A stretch of DNA of 63,949 nucleotides, counting the filler, from Licmophora abbreviata (lineage: Eukaryota): the NCBI GenBank assembly GCA_900291995.1. It is 10 parts of 10 records of this genome, joined end to end, with 100 filler letters (N's around TTAATTAATTAA, not from the genome) between each part and the next. Parts side by side here need not be neighbours in the genome. Positions count along the whole stretch, not along the records: positions 45,446 to 54,365 come from OLMU01004047.1; positions 54,466 to 57,261 come from OLMU01004048.1; positions 57,362 to 60,852 come from OLMU01004049.1; 7 more parts are not named here. The stretch is one strand, 5' to 3'. This document shows positions 48,312 through 59,759 of the stretch, piece after piece (the stretch's first letter is position 1; every line of letters begins with the position of its first letter). Position numbers and translations under genes: made by a program. Below the pieces are notes generated by a model. It searched no databases. It was not told where the DNA came from and saw only the letters and a program-made list of their open reading frames with translations.

Positions 48312-48923
48312 TTAAGCCCCAAGCTCAACCGCCTTGGCTGTATCATTCTTGAGATGGATCAAGACATCCCGCATTCGACCCACATCGGCCGAGTTTTCAG
48401 CCGAATCGTGCGAGAGCTCCACCATCTTGCAGATCTTCTGCCAGGAGTTGTCGTTTTCGAGGTCGGCCTCAATGGCTTCCAGTTTCTCTTGCTCGTCGGA
48501 CCGGTTCTTGGACATTTTGGATTCGCGTTTCTGTTCCTGCTGCGCCGTAAAGGTCTCCATGGCAGCCTTGGAAGCCTCCAAGAGTTCCGCCTTTTTGGAG
48601 TTTTCAGCGTCCTTGCGCTGCATCAAGGTCTCTTGCCACTCCTCGTTCCACTTCTGCATGGGCGAGGGACCAGTGGGCTCTTCAAAAGGAGCTTCGTAGG
48701 CGACAGCTTCGGCTGCTGCCTCGTCTGTGGCTGCCTCCGGGGGAGCCCCGCCGAGCAAGATTGGTGCGTCCATCGGTTCGGGGACGTCCGGCGGAGCCAG
48801 GATCGTTTCGTCCACTTCTCCCACAAAGCCCTCTTCCGCAGGAGGAGACGCAAAGTCCGCGACTGCCTCGCCGCCCTCCTCGGCCGGAGGCATGGCAAAC
48901 ATGGTCGTATCTTCTTCCGCCAT
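48312..48923 (-). CDS. CLC: Clathrin light chain
   Basis: Acidic/Pro N-terminus, central helix (KWNEEW...), SWQKICKMVEL and DVGRMRDVLIHLK C-terminal motif. Confidence 0.85.
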   Translation of the reverse strand: MAEEDTTMFAMPPAEEGGEAVADFASPPAEEGFVGEVDETILAPPDVPEPMDAPILLGGAPPEAATDEAAAEAVAYEAPFEEPTGPSPMQKWNEEWQETLMQRKDAENSKKAELLEASKAAMETFTAQQEQKRESKMSKNRSDEQEKLEAIEADLENDNSWQKICKMVELSHDSAENSADVGRMRDVLIHLKNDTAKAVELGA

Positions 48924-49321
48924 GGTGCTGTCTTGGTGTTGTGACTCTCCGCTCCGAACGCGCCTGTAGAAACTGATACTGGTTCTACGAGAAAAAAGCC
49001 AAACGAAACACGAGCCAAGCACGCGAGCAAAAGCTCAACGGATGACTAAAAATGACACAAGGAATTGGGCGTCAGGAATGTTGAAATAGATGTTTTGAAG
49101 AGAGTTATCCTGGAATCTTCTGTCGCCTGTGTACGTTCCTACCAGACTTCTACGTGAAGACCTCATTGATTGTGCTTGAAGCAGCGACCCTGATTCACCA
49201 TGGTGCGTTCGTGACAGTTACAGCGTTTCAGAACTACGCGTTCCTGTCTGATGATTTAAACATGCTTGTTCGTGGATCGAGTCGAAAGAACTGGGCGTTT
49301 TGGCCTCTCCGAAAGGAGAAA

Positions 49322-49857
49322 ATGAGACTTGCACATCAGTCACTCGTACGCGCCGACGACTCGAAGTTCGGATTCCCTGTTTTCTCTATTTGCTTGCTCA
49401 CATTTCTCTATTCCATCCCCATTCTTCTATATGATCTCTGCAGTTCGCGCCTCGTGCTCGTCTGGCCGTGCGCCCTCTCCTACGAAGCACGGCACAGCGT
49501 CGTTCGGCGCAGACCGTCCCTCGCTTCGGCACCGAAGAGGCCATGAAGGCCGATGCCGTCGAACAGCTTCGTGCTCGTGTCCTGGCACAAAAGGAGATTG
49601 TCAGCGCCACGCACGTCTCTCATGAGGAAGAGCTTCACGAAATGTACAAGTGGATCAAGATTAGCTTCATGGTGGCGGCTCCGATTGTGGTACTGTCCTT
49701 TGCCAAGGATATCTTCTTCCCGGAGCATTCCCATCGTCCGGAGGGAGAACTTCCCGTTTACATGAAGATCCGGAGCAAGGAATTTCCGTGGGAGTGTGAG
49801 GATTGTGACTTGTTTGATCTGCCGTGCTGGAGAAAGTGTCGTGCGGAGAAGGAATAA
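49322..49857 (+). CDS. COX6A: Cytochrome c oxidase subunit VIa; intron 49346-49443
   Basis: Arg-rich presequence, WIKISF + TM, EH...YMKIRSKEFPW...LF motif. Confidence 0.85.
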
Positions 49858-49996
49858 AATGTACCGGCGTGGCGGAAAAACTCTGAAGAATGCACAGTTG
49901 TTACGAAAGAACTGTCACCTTGGAGTCGTTCCGTTGTCTAGTAGTATTAACATAATGCTCCTTCACAATGTAATACTTGTCGATACTACATTGCGC

Positions 49997-51364
49997 TTAG
50001 GATTTGGGCAAGAGTTCTGACTTGTGCACCGCCATCCATTCATCGAGTCCATTCCAGAAGCTTGCAGAAGTGACACTATCCAACCCTCGCTTGTCCCGGT
50101 TCAATTTGCCCCGTCGCACCGCCCATCCTTCCAACTCTGCTGGGACCTTGTCTCCCTCCATGCCGATATAGAACCCATATGTCCTCGAGAAAAGGCGCAC
50201 GGCATCCTTGTAGGGACCAGGCCAATCTTTGAATTGCCATGACTGTCCGAGCGTAATGACCGCCACGACCCGTTCCCATTCGCGAGGATTCTGTCCCAAT
50301 TTGGACATGGGATTGTCCATGAGCTCATATTCCACAAGGCCGCCTCCGAGACGAGTGCTTAGCTTTCGCGAAAATGTGGTGGATGGAGCGGCAGTTCCGT
50401 TTTTCTTGGACGCTTCGCGGGGGACAAATTTGGCGTTTCCAAAGAATTCCAAGGCATTTGCCATGGTAATGGGAATCGTCATACCCTTTGGTAAGACAAT
50501 GACGGGTTTTTTGCCAATCAAATAAGACTTGTCCGACTTGCTCTTGGACTTGCCATCCTCTTTGCTGCTCTTTTTGTTCTTGCTGGACGACGAGGATGGC
50601 TTGGTTGTCTCCAAATAGAGTTCCAAGACGCGTGAAAAGTCCCGTCCCGCCAAAGTTGTGGGACGGAGAATAGATGCCGAGTTGCCCACTGGAATTTCCA
50701 GGGGCAAGATGCGCTCGAGCGCCGCTGCATGCTCCTTCAGTATTTCCGGAGTCACCTCAAAGCCGTCGGCCGATAAGGCCTTGTGCAAAAGTGCATCGTC
50801 CCTGTCCGTTTCAGTGGCACTACGCTTACCGACGACAGTATTGAGATTGTCAAACAACTGTTCGTTCGTCATGGGCACCTTTGGTTTCTTCTTCTTTCGT
50901 TCGTCGTGGCGGGCACTAGCAGCCTGCTCGGAGGACGAGCGCTTCTTCTTGCTGCTGCTCTTACGCTCATGTTTTCGACGATCCGCATTGCGGCGATCTG
51001 AGGGTGTCTTTGCCGCGCTTGCCTTTGGAGTGTCCGCGACAGCCGCAGGTGCAGCAACAGTAGTACTCGCAGCCTCCTTCAAAAAGTACCCCACCACGAC
51101 GGGCTTGTCGAGTGCCTTGACCACGTCCTTGATCCCATGTGCCTTACAAGCATTACGGTAGGCCATCAAAGACTGCGTAGGATTGCAAATTTGTAAAAAG
51201 AGCGATGCTACAGAGTAGGTGCAGGACTTGGATTGGAAGGAAATACTGCAGGGCTGAGAGGCGTCGAGAGTGGTGCTTTCGAGCGTGAGGGTCGAACCAT
51301 CCTTCGACAGCTCAGCCGCACTAAGCTTTCCGTCCTGGGACCATTGCAGCAGCGTTTCTGCCAT
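49997..51364 (-). CDS. CDC73: Paf1 complex subunit Cdc73/parafibromin
   Basis: PVIVLP..ITMANALEFF, WERVVAV..GQSWQFKDW and RDKRGLD motifs of CDC73_C. Confidence 0.88.
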   Translation of the reverse strand: MAETLLQWSQDGKLSAAELSKDGSTLTLESTTLDASQPCSISFQSKSCTYSVASLFLQICNPTQSLMAYRNACKAHGIKDVVKALDKPVVVGYFLKEAASTTVAAPAAVADTPKASAAKTPSDRRNADRRKHERKSSSKKKRSSSEQAASARHDERKKKKPKVPMTNEQLFDNLNTVVGKRSATETDRDDALLHKALSADGFEVTPEILKEHAAALERILPLEIPVGNSASILRPTTLAGRDFSRVLELYLETTKPSSSSSKNKKSSKEDGKSKSKSDKSYLIGKKPVIVLPKGMTIPITMANALEFFGNAKFVPREASKKNGTAAPSTTFSRKLSTRLGGGLVEYELMDNPMSKLGQNPREWERVVAVITLGQSWQFKDWPGPYKDAVRLFSRTYGFYIGMEGDKVPAELEGWAVRRGKLNRDKRGLDSVTSASFWNGLDEWMAVHKSELLPKS

Positions 51365-51795
51365 GATTAGATAAATCGATTCGGGGTCAAGGCTGCTGTA
51401 GAGAGTGGATGAAGCACCGAGACTAGCACAGTGCAATACCGCCGCCGGCGGTAGCAGATGACCTGAAACAAACTAAAATGTGCGATCCAAAATTGAAAAC
51501 TCGAAAGCTCGTCGCGAAGCACACACGCGCTCGCGACTTCGCGCGCAAGCGGAAACGTTGCTGCAGGGATGAAAAGGGGAGGTGTGGACGGCGGATGTGG
51601 TCACCCTAGAAACTGATATACAATGCGAGCGAAGCTGATCTGGGCGGTGTTGGGAGGAACAACATATCCGCTAGCTAGCCTGTCGCTAGGCGGCAACGGA
51701 TAAGGCAGGAGCATTTCTAACTCTACTAGAGAGTTGAGACTACCTTCCTTCTAATTCTTCATGCATTACAGTAGTACTTCTAGTATCCAACTGCT

Positions 51796-52544
51796 TTACA
51801 CCTTGTCGATTGATTCATCACCCTTGTCTGCTTCAGGAGCTTCCAGCGGTTCTACATACGCACCCTTGACCACATCTTCCGTCACCAGTTGTGTTCCATC
51901 TGGCTGTTCAGTCTTGGTATACGTGACCGTCTGCGTTTCGGCCGGTCCTCGTTCTGGACGTTTGGCTGGTTTAATAATACCGGATATCATCAACGCGCCC
52001 GCCACAAACCACAAGACCACCGAGGCAATATTAGAACGTGTACCCATGGTAATCTCACAAGTATTTGCATACTCCAACCCAGCCGCACCCTCCAACGACT
52101 GCAAGATGGCGTTATCCTGACACGCATTGCTGTCAAGAAACAGTAACGTCAGTCCTTGACAGAGGCAGCAAAACAAGAACACAATGCCTGATTTCTTCCA
52201 CCACCCTTCACCTCGATAGAAGCACGGACTAAGCCAGTTCCAAAAGACAGTAATGCCGCCAATCACAGGCCCCATGATGGAAAAGGCACGAGTCGTCTTC
52301 CATTTGGCGTCAATCGAGGTGGAGCTTGGATATTTTGCACATGTATCTCGTATCACAACGCGATCGTTGGGCTCTTTGACCACCACTTCAGTCTTTTGAT
52401 AGTACCAAGGACCCAGTCTCACGCTGGGAGTGTCTTCGTTCAGACTTGGAAATACGATCGTCTCGCAGTAGATATTGGCAAGGAAGGACAATCCGACCGC
52501 GATCGTAGCGAATGTGACCGGAATGAAGGTGATTAGAAACGCAC
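51796..52544 (-). CDS. Four-TM claudin-like membrane protein (5' exon not resolved)
   Basis: TM, then a Cys-containing loop (LGPW...C..Y...W), three more TMs with a second Cys loop, and a charged tail. Confidence 0.55.
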
Positions 52545-53118
52545 TGGTGATAGGGAGAGTTCAAGTTGTAGAAATAAGGGTCGTCAGTACTTTTTGTGAA
52601 CAAAAGGGGTAAAAAGTTATACATAGGAGCGCAGTGGCTAGCTTGTACCAAGTACGACTAGGTCTTAAACTTTTGTAGCAGATTTGAGCGATCGTGTCGA
52701 CAATTCTCAGGACAGTACTGTTCCCCTTTTTAAATGAATCAACTCACCGGCTACAGGGCCCCATTTTGAAGCTTCAAACGGTTTACTAGCAATGAATTCA
52801 GGGGGGAGAAGGTGCGCAGTCGTTCTCTTTGTGACATCGTCTGACAGCGTGACAGCTGGTGTGGGCCAAACACGCAGTGCGGCCCCAAAGCGTTTGTAAC
52901 CCGGACTCAAACATCAATCAGGCCCAACGGACCACTCAACGCATGATTTTCAATATCAAATGTATTCCGACGTGAGGGTCACATAGTTCAGATCGATCCC
53001 AAACGAGAACATCCGTCTCAATTCTTGTTTCTCCCGCCCATGGGATTTCAGAGTGCATCGCTGATAGAGACGACCTGAATTGAATCCGAAGTTCTCCCAA
53101 CAATCAGAAGCAGTCAAC

Positions 53119-54279
53119 ATGAGGAGAAGAATGGCCACATTGTCTTTCCTAGCCTCAAGCTGCTGTCATGGCACTGTCGCATCTCCTGGTCGGCATGATG
53201 ACCGATTCCACGATACCGACAGCCATCGTACGAGACTGCCAAGAGACAGGAGAGAGCTCTTTGCTCCAGACGATGCAAAGTACTTGACGACATGTATTAC
53301 TCCCTATCCTGGTTATGTGGCAGATGGACGCAACGATTGGCGCGTCCCCATGGGAGACATCAAAGTGATCTTTGACGGAGGCAATGGTGAATTCAATGCT
53401 ACCACGCACGGAGAATATCCAGGATACAATGACCAGCTCGAATTTACCTTTCACTATGAGCTCATGGGTCTACCTGATCATTGTAATGGTTGTCGAATTC
53501 AGATCAATGAAGGACAGTCGTGTGGAGAGGCATTGACTCGATTTTGGAATCGCAGCATAGAGGACGGCTACAATCCATGGCGACCCGAGTATGGCGCGGT
53601 GTATCACTCTGATCGAAACGGCATGGCAAGCGGACAGTTTAGCATGTTTGATGGGTACGACTTTGATGATCATAAGCGCCGCACGGCTGTTGTTTTTGAT
53701 CGGGATCACCGGGTCAGAATTGGATGTGGTGTTCTGAGAAGGAAGGACTTGGGACGTTGTTCTGGCGGCGATCCGCTTCCGCCGCCGTCCAGGGCACCCA
53801 TGCCAAGTAACGCTCCAGTTTCCATGCCATCAAAACTCCCTTCGACAATGCCATCTACAGCGCCATCAATGATACCATCACCGATACCATCGACAGTGCC
53901 ATCACCGATACCATCGACAGTGCCATCGACAATGCCATCAATGAAGGGACAGCCGCGGCCGCCGACGACACCGAGTATCATGCCGGCAAGACCGAGTCGG
54001 TCGGAGGTTCCGACCGTCTCGCCGCATGGTAGCGAAACGCCAGCTCCTATGCAAACTCCTCATCAGCCGACAAAACCGAGCGCACCAACTCAACCAGACA
54101 TTCCGACTGTCACAGGCTCGCCCCATGGTGGTGGGACAGCCTCGCCCTTCCAACCACATCCCTACCCTCCGACGCCTCCAGATGTGCCTACCGGGAAGAA
54201 AGGGAAAGGAGGATCCAGCAGCAGCAAGAGTAGCAGTAGCGACGGTATCAATGGGAAGAAGACAGCAAGGCGAAAATAG
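53119..54279 (+). CDS. Secreted protein with degenerate Cu/Zn-SOD-like domain, PS(T)-rich repeats and Lys/Gly/Ser tail
   Basis: Signal-like N-terminus, RREL site, GLPDHCNGCRIQINEGQSC...NPW...G.ASG...AVVFD...RIGCGVL, about 14 xxPS repeats, C-terminal GKKGKGGSSSSK. Confidence 0.65.
   Translation: MRRRMATLSFLASSCCHGTVASPGRHDDRFHDTDSHRTRLPRDRRELFAPDDAKYLTTCITPYPGYVADGRNDWRVPMGDIKVIFDGGNGEFNATTHGEYPGYNDQLEFTFHYELMGLPDHCNGCRIQINEGQSCGEALTRFWNRSIEDGYNPWRPEYGAVYHSDRNGMASGQFSMFDGYDFDDHKRRTAVVFDRDHRVRIGCGVLRRKDLGRCSGGDPLPPPSRAPMPSNAPVSMPSKLPSTMPSTAPSMIPSPIPSTVPSPIPSTVPSTMPSMKGQPRPPTTPSIMPARPSRSEVPTVSPHGSETPAPMQTPHQPTKPSAPTQPDIPTVTGSPHGGGTASPFQPHPYPPTPPDVPTGKKGKGGSSSSKSSSSDGINGKKTARRK
53790..53945 (+). 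repeat. Coding tandem repeat of 12-nt units encoding xxPS tetrapeptides
   Basis: Includes CCATCACCGATACCATCGACAGTG x2 and related ATGCCATC units. Confidence 0.8.
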
Positions 54280-54511
54280 TGATGGGAGTAGTGTGTTTCT
54301 ATGACAAAAATCGGGATAGTCATAGAAATTCGTTTCGGGAGTGAATCTTCTCTCTGGCGCCCATANNNNNNNNNNNNNNNNNNNNNNNNNNNNNNNNNNN
54401 NNNNNNNNNTTAATTAATTAANNNNNNNNNNNNNNNNNNNNNNNNNNNNNNNNNNNNNNNNNNNNATACGAGTAACACATAGTCTACTACTGTATGAAGT
54501 CGTTTTACCCA

Positions 54512-57158
54512 CTAAAAAATTAGACCAATGCTCTGTTTCGCACCTGACCGTTGCTGCTGAGCGCGCTTTACCAGGGTGGACTTTGCTTGTCGCTGGTCGC
54601 TTCTAGAGCCTAGATCCGAAAGAGCCTCGTTTCTGTATTTAGAAAACGTGGCGTCGAAGGAGTCTGTGTCACTGTGTCTAACATCTACCCCGCGCGACTC
54701 CACTACCCACAACTCCTTACAGAAACCGCTCAAGAACCCTGCAAGAAAAGAACCGATGCACGAGTTATGACGTTAGACTGGTTGACCCTTTAACCACCAG
54801 ACTCGTACCCTACTACTCCTAGAGACAAGATGACTTACCTTGATTGTGGCTCACAATGACAACAGCTCCAGAATACGCATTCAACGCGGCTGATAACGAA
54901 TCAAGAGATTCTAAATCCAAGTGATTGGTAACTTCGTCCATACAGAGCAGTTGTGGCTCTTCTGACAAGACCTTGGCGAAACATAGCCGCATGCGTTCAC
55001 CTCCAGAAAGACTGCCGATCAACCGATGAGCAAGCTTTCCGCCGAGACCGAATCCGCCAAGGTATTGTCGAATGTTTCCACCGGCACTCAGAATTATTCG
55101 GGCACAAACCTTGCCCGCCCGAATATACTTGTCAGCATACTCTGTGACTGTCATGCTGGCAAAACCTTCGAGTTCTTCAACAGAATGCTGCCCGATGTAG
55201 CCTATCCGCAAACTTGGATGACGCCATATGGTTCCGGCCGACATATACTGGTCTTCCAACGGGTCAATCTCCCCTGTAATAAGCTTTAGCAGCGTTGACT
55301 TGCCAGATCCATTCGTGCCAACGATCGCTATCTTGCTTTCCCGGTTGAGATCTAGAACTAGATCATTCAAGAGCAATGGACCGTCTCTCGAGTAGCCAAA
55401 CCGAAGATTCTCAACTCGCACCAACGGACTTCCTGGCGTCATTCCCGGGGCGTATACTGGATCTGGAAAGTTGAGCCTCACAGCAGGCTCATCAGCTTCA
55501 ATCTGGACCTTTTGCGCCATTCGAAAGTGTTTGTCGCTGAGTTTTGCAAGGGATCTGTTCTTGTATCGCTTTCCGTCCCTGTGACACAGACGAAAATGTT
55601 GAGTGTGACCTGGTCGCATGTGAGGTCGTCTTCCGCTTCGCATCCATATCACTTACTCTCGGTAGTTACCAATCCTTTCAAGCTTCTTTTCCTTCATCAT
55701 TTTAGCCTGTCTTTGCTTTTTTGGGTCTTGTCGTTTCTTACCGGCCGACGCCTCCTGTTTCTGAATGAATGCCGTCACTTTGGATCGCTGCCGTTCGGAT
55801 GCGTCCAAGATCTGCGCATGTCGAGCAGCTTTCTCTTCTTGCTGCAAACAGTATGCCGAGTAGTTGCCCACGTAGTAATGAAGCTTCTTATGCTCGAAGC
55901 TAATGATGTCAGTACAAATGTCAAGAAAGTTTCGATCGTGCGAAACAACGATGACTGTGTGCTTGCTGGTTCTGAGATATTGCGACAACCAGAGTAGACC
56001 GTGTAGATCTAGATGGTTCGTCGGCTCGTCCAACAGAAGCAGATCGCTTGGGACGAACAGTGCCCGAGCAAGGGAGAGACGCATCCGCCAGCCGCCAGAA
56101 AGATTCTCAGTTCGGGTTTCCATTAGTTTCGACGAGAACTGAAGACCCCGAAGGATCTTCTTCGCGCGGTCCTCGGCATTATCGGCGTCAATTGCATCCA
56201 GTTCAAGAACTGCCTCTCCGAGTTGCTCCAAGAGCGCTGATAACTGGCTAGTAGAGTCTATTCCTCGTTCGATCTGATCTTCGAGCGCCGCCTGCTCCTC
56301 GAGCAGCCGAGCGCGCTCCGTATCAGCGCCAAGCAGAGCCTCCAGCGCCGTCTCGGGTCCTCCATCGACTTGTTGTTTCACCAGCAGAACTCTCATATCT
56401 TGCGGCATACCTGGAATAGCTTTTGCTGCTAGCCGTTGCAGCAACACTGATTTACCGCATCCGTTTCGCCCAATGAGTCCGTATCGATGCCCTCCGTTGA
56501 CCTGAATGGTCGAACTCTGTAGGAGCTCGTTCCCAGCGAATTGGAACGTAATGTTCGTCAAGTGCATGTTGGAACAGGTATTGACATCGCCTCGGACTCC
56601 ACGTCCACCATGACCACGTCCACCCCAGGCCCTCCTCTCTTCCTGGCGCTCTTGCCATGCGCTCACATCGTCATCGACAAAGTCATTCGTATGGTTTGAA
56701 TCGCCTACTGCTGATGTCGTCTCTTGCTTTCTCTGTCGGCGGTGAGCCTTGCGAGCTTCGCGTTTCGATCGCCGTTCCTGTGATTTCGTTTTGAAAGTCT
56801 TGTTCGAGGTAGAATCATCAGAAGAGCTGTCTGTCGTCAGCTGTGGGTCTTTTCGAAGTTCTTGCAGGAGTGACACACGTCGCAACTCATGTGCCGATGG
56901 ATCCGGCGCCCTTGATGGTGATTCGGGCTTGTCGTCGTCTGAGACGATGAATTTGGAAAACAAATCTGCTACCAAGGCTTCGGAAGAACCTTGATCATTG
57001 AAAAACTGCGAAATCAAGTTGACCAAGTCATCTTCGGAGGAGGATGACTGAGTGTCGCCTAATATAGAACAAATGTAGTCGCATGCTTCCGGTTCGGCGT
57101 CGACAAACCCAGGAGGCGCGTGGCGTTCCATCAGTCCTTGAATCTCTTTCTCGTTCAT
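54512..57158 (-). CDS. ABCF-family ATPase (GCN20/ABCF3-like); introns ~54739-54837 and 55579-55656
   Basis: Two NBDs with no TMs: GRNGCGKS/LSGGWRMR/LLLDEPTNHLD/VSHDR and GTNGSGKS/LSGGERMR/DEVTNHLD/VSHNQ. Confidence 0.93.
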
Positions 57159-57618
57159 CGTTCTTGTCGTCGTGTTTGTTTGGGAAATGTAAGTTCTTAA
57201 AAGCTGTTCGGTTTGCGGTGCAATGGATCTTCTCGTAGAGATCATCATTGTTGTTCTTATGNNNNNNNNNNNNNNNNNNNNNNNNNNNNNNNNNNNNNNN
57301 NNNNNTTAATTAATTAANNNNNNNNNNNNNNNNNNNNNNNNNNNNNNNNNNNNNNNNNNNNCACCCAAATTGGTGCGAACTCTGTGGAACCGCTTTTGGG
57401 AACGAACGCACGATTGAAAAGAGCTCGTGCGTGTAGCTCGAGGGTTCGCTCAGAGCGAACAGTCCAATTCAAACTGCACGAAAACATCATTACACAAAAA
57501 AAGGTCGCCGCGGCGATGGCATTCCATGTGTTGAGCACGAATGCTGCCGTCGTACCTGAGCCGACGCTCGTCTGCTATTCTCTCTCGCCCGTATTTCAGA
57601 TCCCCTATCGGCGAGACC

Positions 57619-59690
57619 ATGCTGTCCGTTTTCGACTACGACTCCTCAGCAGAGGAAGACGATTCGATTGTTGCGAAGACCTTCGAACGCTTCGAGCGCT
57701 TGCGTCCCCACTACGGCTTGCTGTGGAAGAGCATGGAGCAACCGGCCAGCAAGAAGCGACCGGAGGTCAAACAAGAGGTAACGGGTGAAAGAAGTCTCCG
57801 CAAGACCCAGGCGGACGCACTCCATGACGACGCATCCTCTTTACCTCCCGACGACTCGTCTTTTTCATTTCTTCCTTCCATTCTCAATCGCGAGACAGTC
57901 TCGTTGCGCGTACCACAGTCGCATGAGGGCTGTCCGATGGAAGGATGCACCGACTGTGTAGCTCCTAAACTTGAAGAGGATGGAGGCGCGAGCCGTCTGA
58001 GAGAGGGGAGCTCGGACGAGGACATGCAAAACGACATGTCTGTCTTCGGGTCCAACAGGGACTTTGGTGCATACCGTGACTCGCACAATGATTCCCACGA
58101 CGGAACAGAAGAGAAGACTACGAACGAGTCTGTCCAGTCGGATGACGATTCCACTGCTGGTAGAGTAACCGGAGGTCCGTATCGCGATCGTGAGAGCAGC
58201 GAAGAAGAAGAAGAAGAGTCTCACGACGGCAACACTGTGCAAGGTGCTGGAACGTCCGTGTCGTCGGGCGATACGGGAACGAGCGGTAGCACCTTGGTCG
58301 ACTTCTCGCATATTACATTCAACGATTCTGAAGATGACGACGATATTGAAACTTCCGAGCCGAAAGAGAACATTGCAGAACCCGCGATAAAGAAAGAAGT
58401 CAAGCCAAGTCAACCAAAGTTTGTGGTGGATCTTGTTGCCGCCGATGACTCATCGGATGACGAGCCAGTCGTTGTCGTCGGAAACGTAAGAGCGCTCCAG
58501 AGACCCAAAGTCAGCACACTGGAAGATTTGCTCGAGCCCCTCACAGAGTCGGAGAAAAATCGTGATTGAAAGTAGTAGCGAAGAGGAGTGGTCTGGAGGT
58601 GAGCTTCAGGAGTCAGGAAGCTTTCAAGAAAACGACGATGATGGATGGCTTGTGAACGACAGTGATGATTCCAGTGATGTTGCGAGTCCGGACCTCTTCC
58701 GGACGCAAGGCAAAGCAACAACCGCTCCCAAAAGGGCGGCGCTTTCGAAAACAGCCTTTCGGAAGCAACGAGACTCTCTTACCGAACACGTTCTTGCTGA
58801 ATACGACAGATTGGCGTTCGACGGCAAGCTAGGCGCTGTGGAGGTGACCTGGTCGAACAAGCTTCGAACTACCTCGGGGCTGACCCGTCTTAAACGTCTC
58901 ACAGGTGGCGGGATCGAGGGAATGATACTGTCTGCTTCCATTGAGCTCAGCACCAAGGTCATTGACGATGAAAGTCGTCTTCGATCAACTCTGATGCACG
59001 AAATGTGAGTGAAAGGAATGAAACTTACAAAATTGATCTCGTTTTGAAACTTTTCTCGAACACTGACCGTCGCTGTTTTTCTGGCGCACAGGTGTCATGC
59101 GGCAGCGTGGCTTGTCGACGGCGTCGCGAAGCCTCCGCACGGGGCGTGCTTTCAGAAATGGGCCGCCAAAGCTATGCGACAGGTACGCTTCGAGGGCGCA
59201 GCCCTTGGTATGGATTTTGTTTCTCCGAACCCTTTTTTTCTGAATGGTGCACATTTGCTGCTTTCTTATCTACATCCCAACACCCTCACAGGTACCAAGT
59301 ATTGTTGTTACTACTCGTCACGACTACGAAATTAGCTACAAGTACGCGTGGGCATGTACGACGCCCAAGTGTGGAGCCATCTTCAAGCGCCACAGTCGAA
59401 GTATCGATGTCACTCGTCAATGCTGTGGGCGCTGCAAGGGAAAACTCATCGAGATTGAAGTTCCATCCGACAATGGGTCCTCTGTCGAGGAGCAAACACC
59501 GCGACAGAAGGCACCTCTGTCCGAGTACAATCGCTTTATCAAACGAAACAACAAGATAGTCCGAAATGAACTCGCCAAGAATCATGTTCGTAAAGGAGAA
59601 CCATTGAAAGTGACACAGCAGGAAGTCATGAAGGAGTGTGCCCGTCGCTGGAAAGTGCATAAACACAAATCCAACAAGGCCGAGAAATGA
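57619..59690 (+). CDS. GCNA: GCNA/ACRC-like protein (acidic IDR + SprT protease + Zn finger + HMG-like); 2 introns, apparent frameshift at A-run 58555-58559
   Basis: Acidic disordered N-half with SIM-like FVVDL/VVVV. WSNKLRTTSG, IELSTKV, TLMHEM|CHAAAW, HG..F.KW, HDYEI.YKY.W.C...C, RHSRS, CGRCKGKL, and YNRFIK...QEVMKECARRW. Confidence 0.88.
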
Positions 59691-59759
59691 GGCCCTTGTT
59701 TGTGGAGTCGCAAGTAGTCATCCTCTTGGTAGAAATTCTCTTTTAAGAACACACGACAG

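Noticed and set aside
53790..53945. Regular repeats as CRISPR-like array
   Set aside because: In-frame coding repeats for xxPS tetrapeptides with no unique spacers, in a eukaryotic gene.
22116..58559. Frameshifts in carrier (~22117), Roadblock (~36273), EXPERA-B (~39322) and GCNA (~58557) as pseudogenes or programmed frameshifting
   Set aside because: Each is a single-base indel in a short homopolymer within an otherwise intact conserved gene, with no slippery heptamer. Sequencing error is most parsimonious; raw reads would decide.
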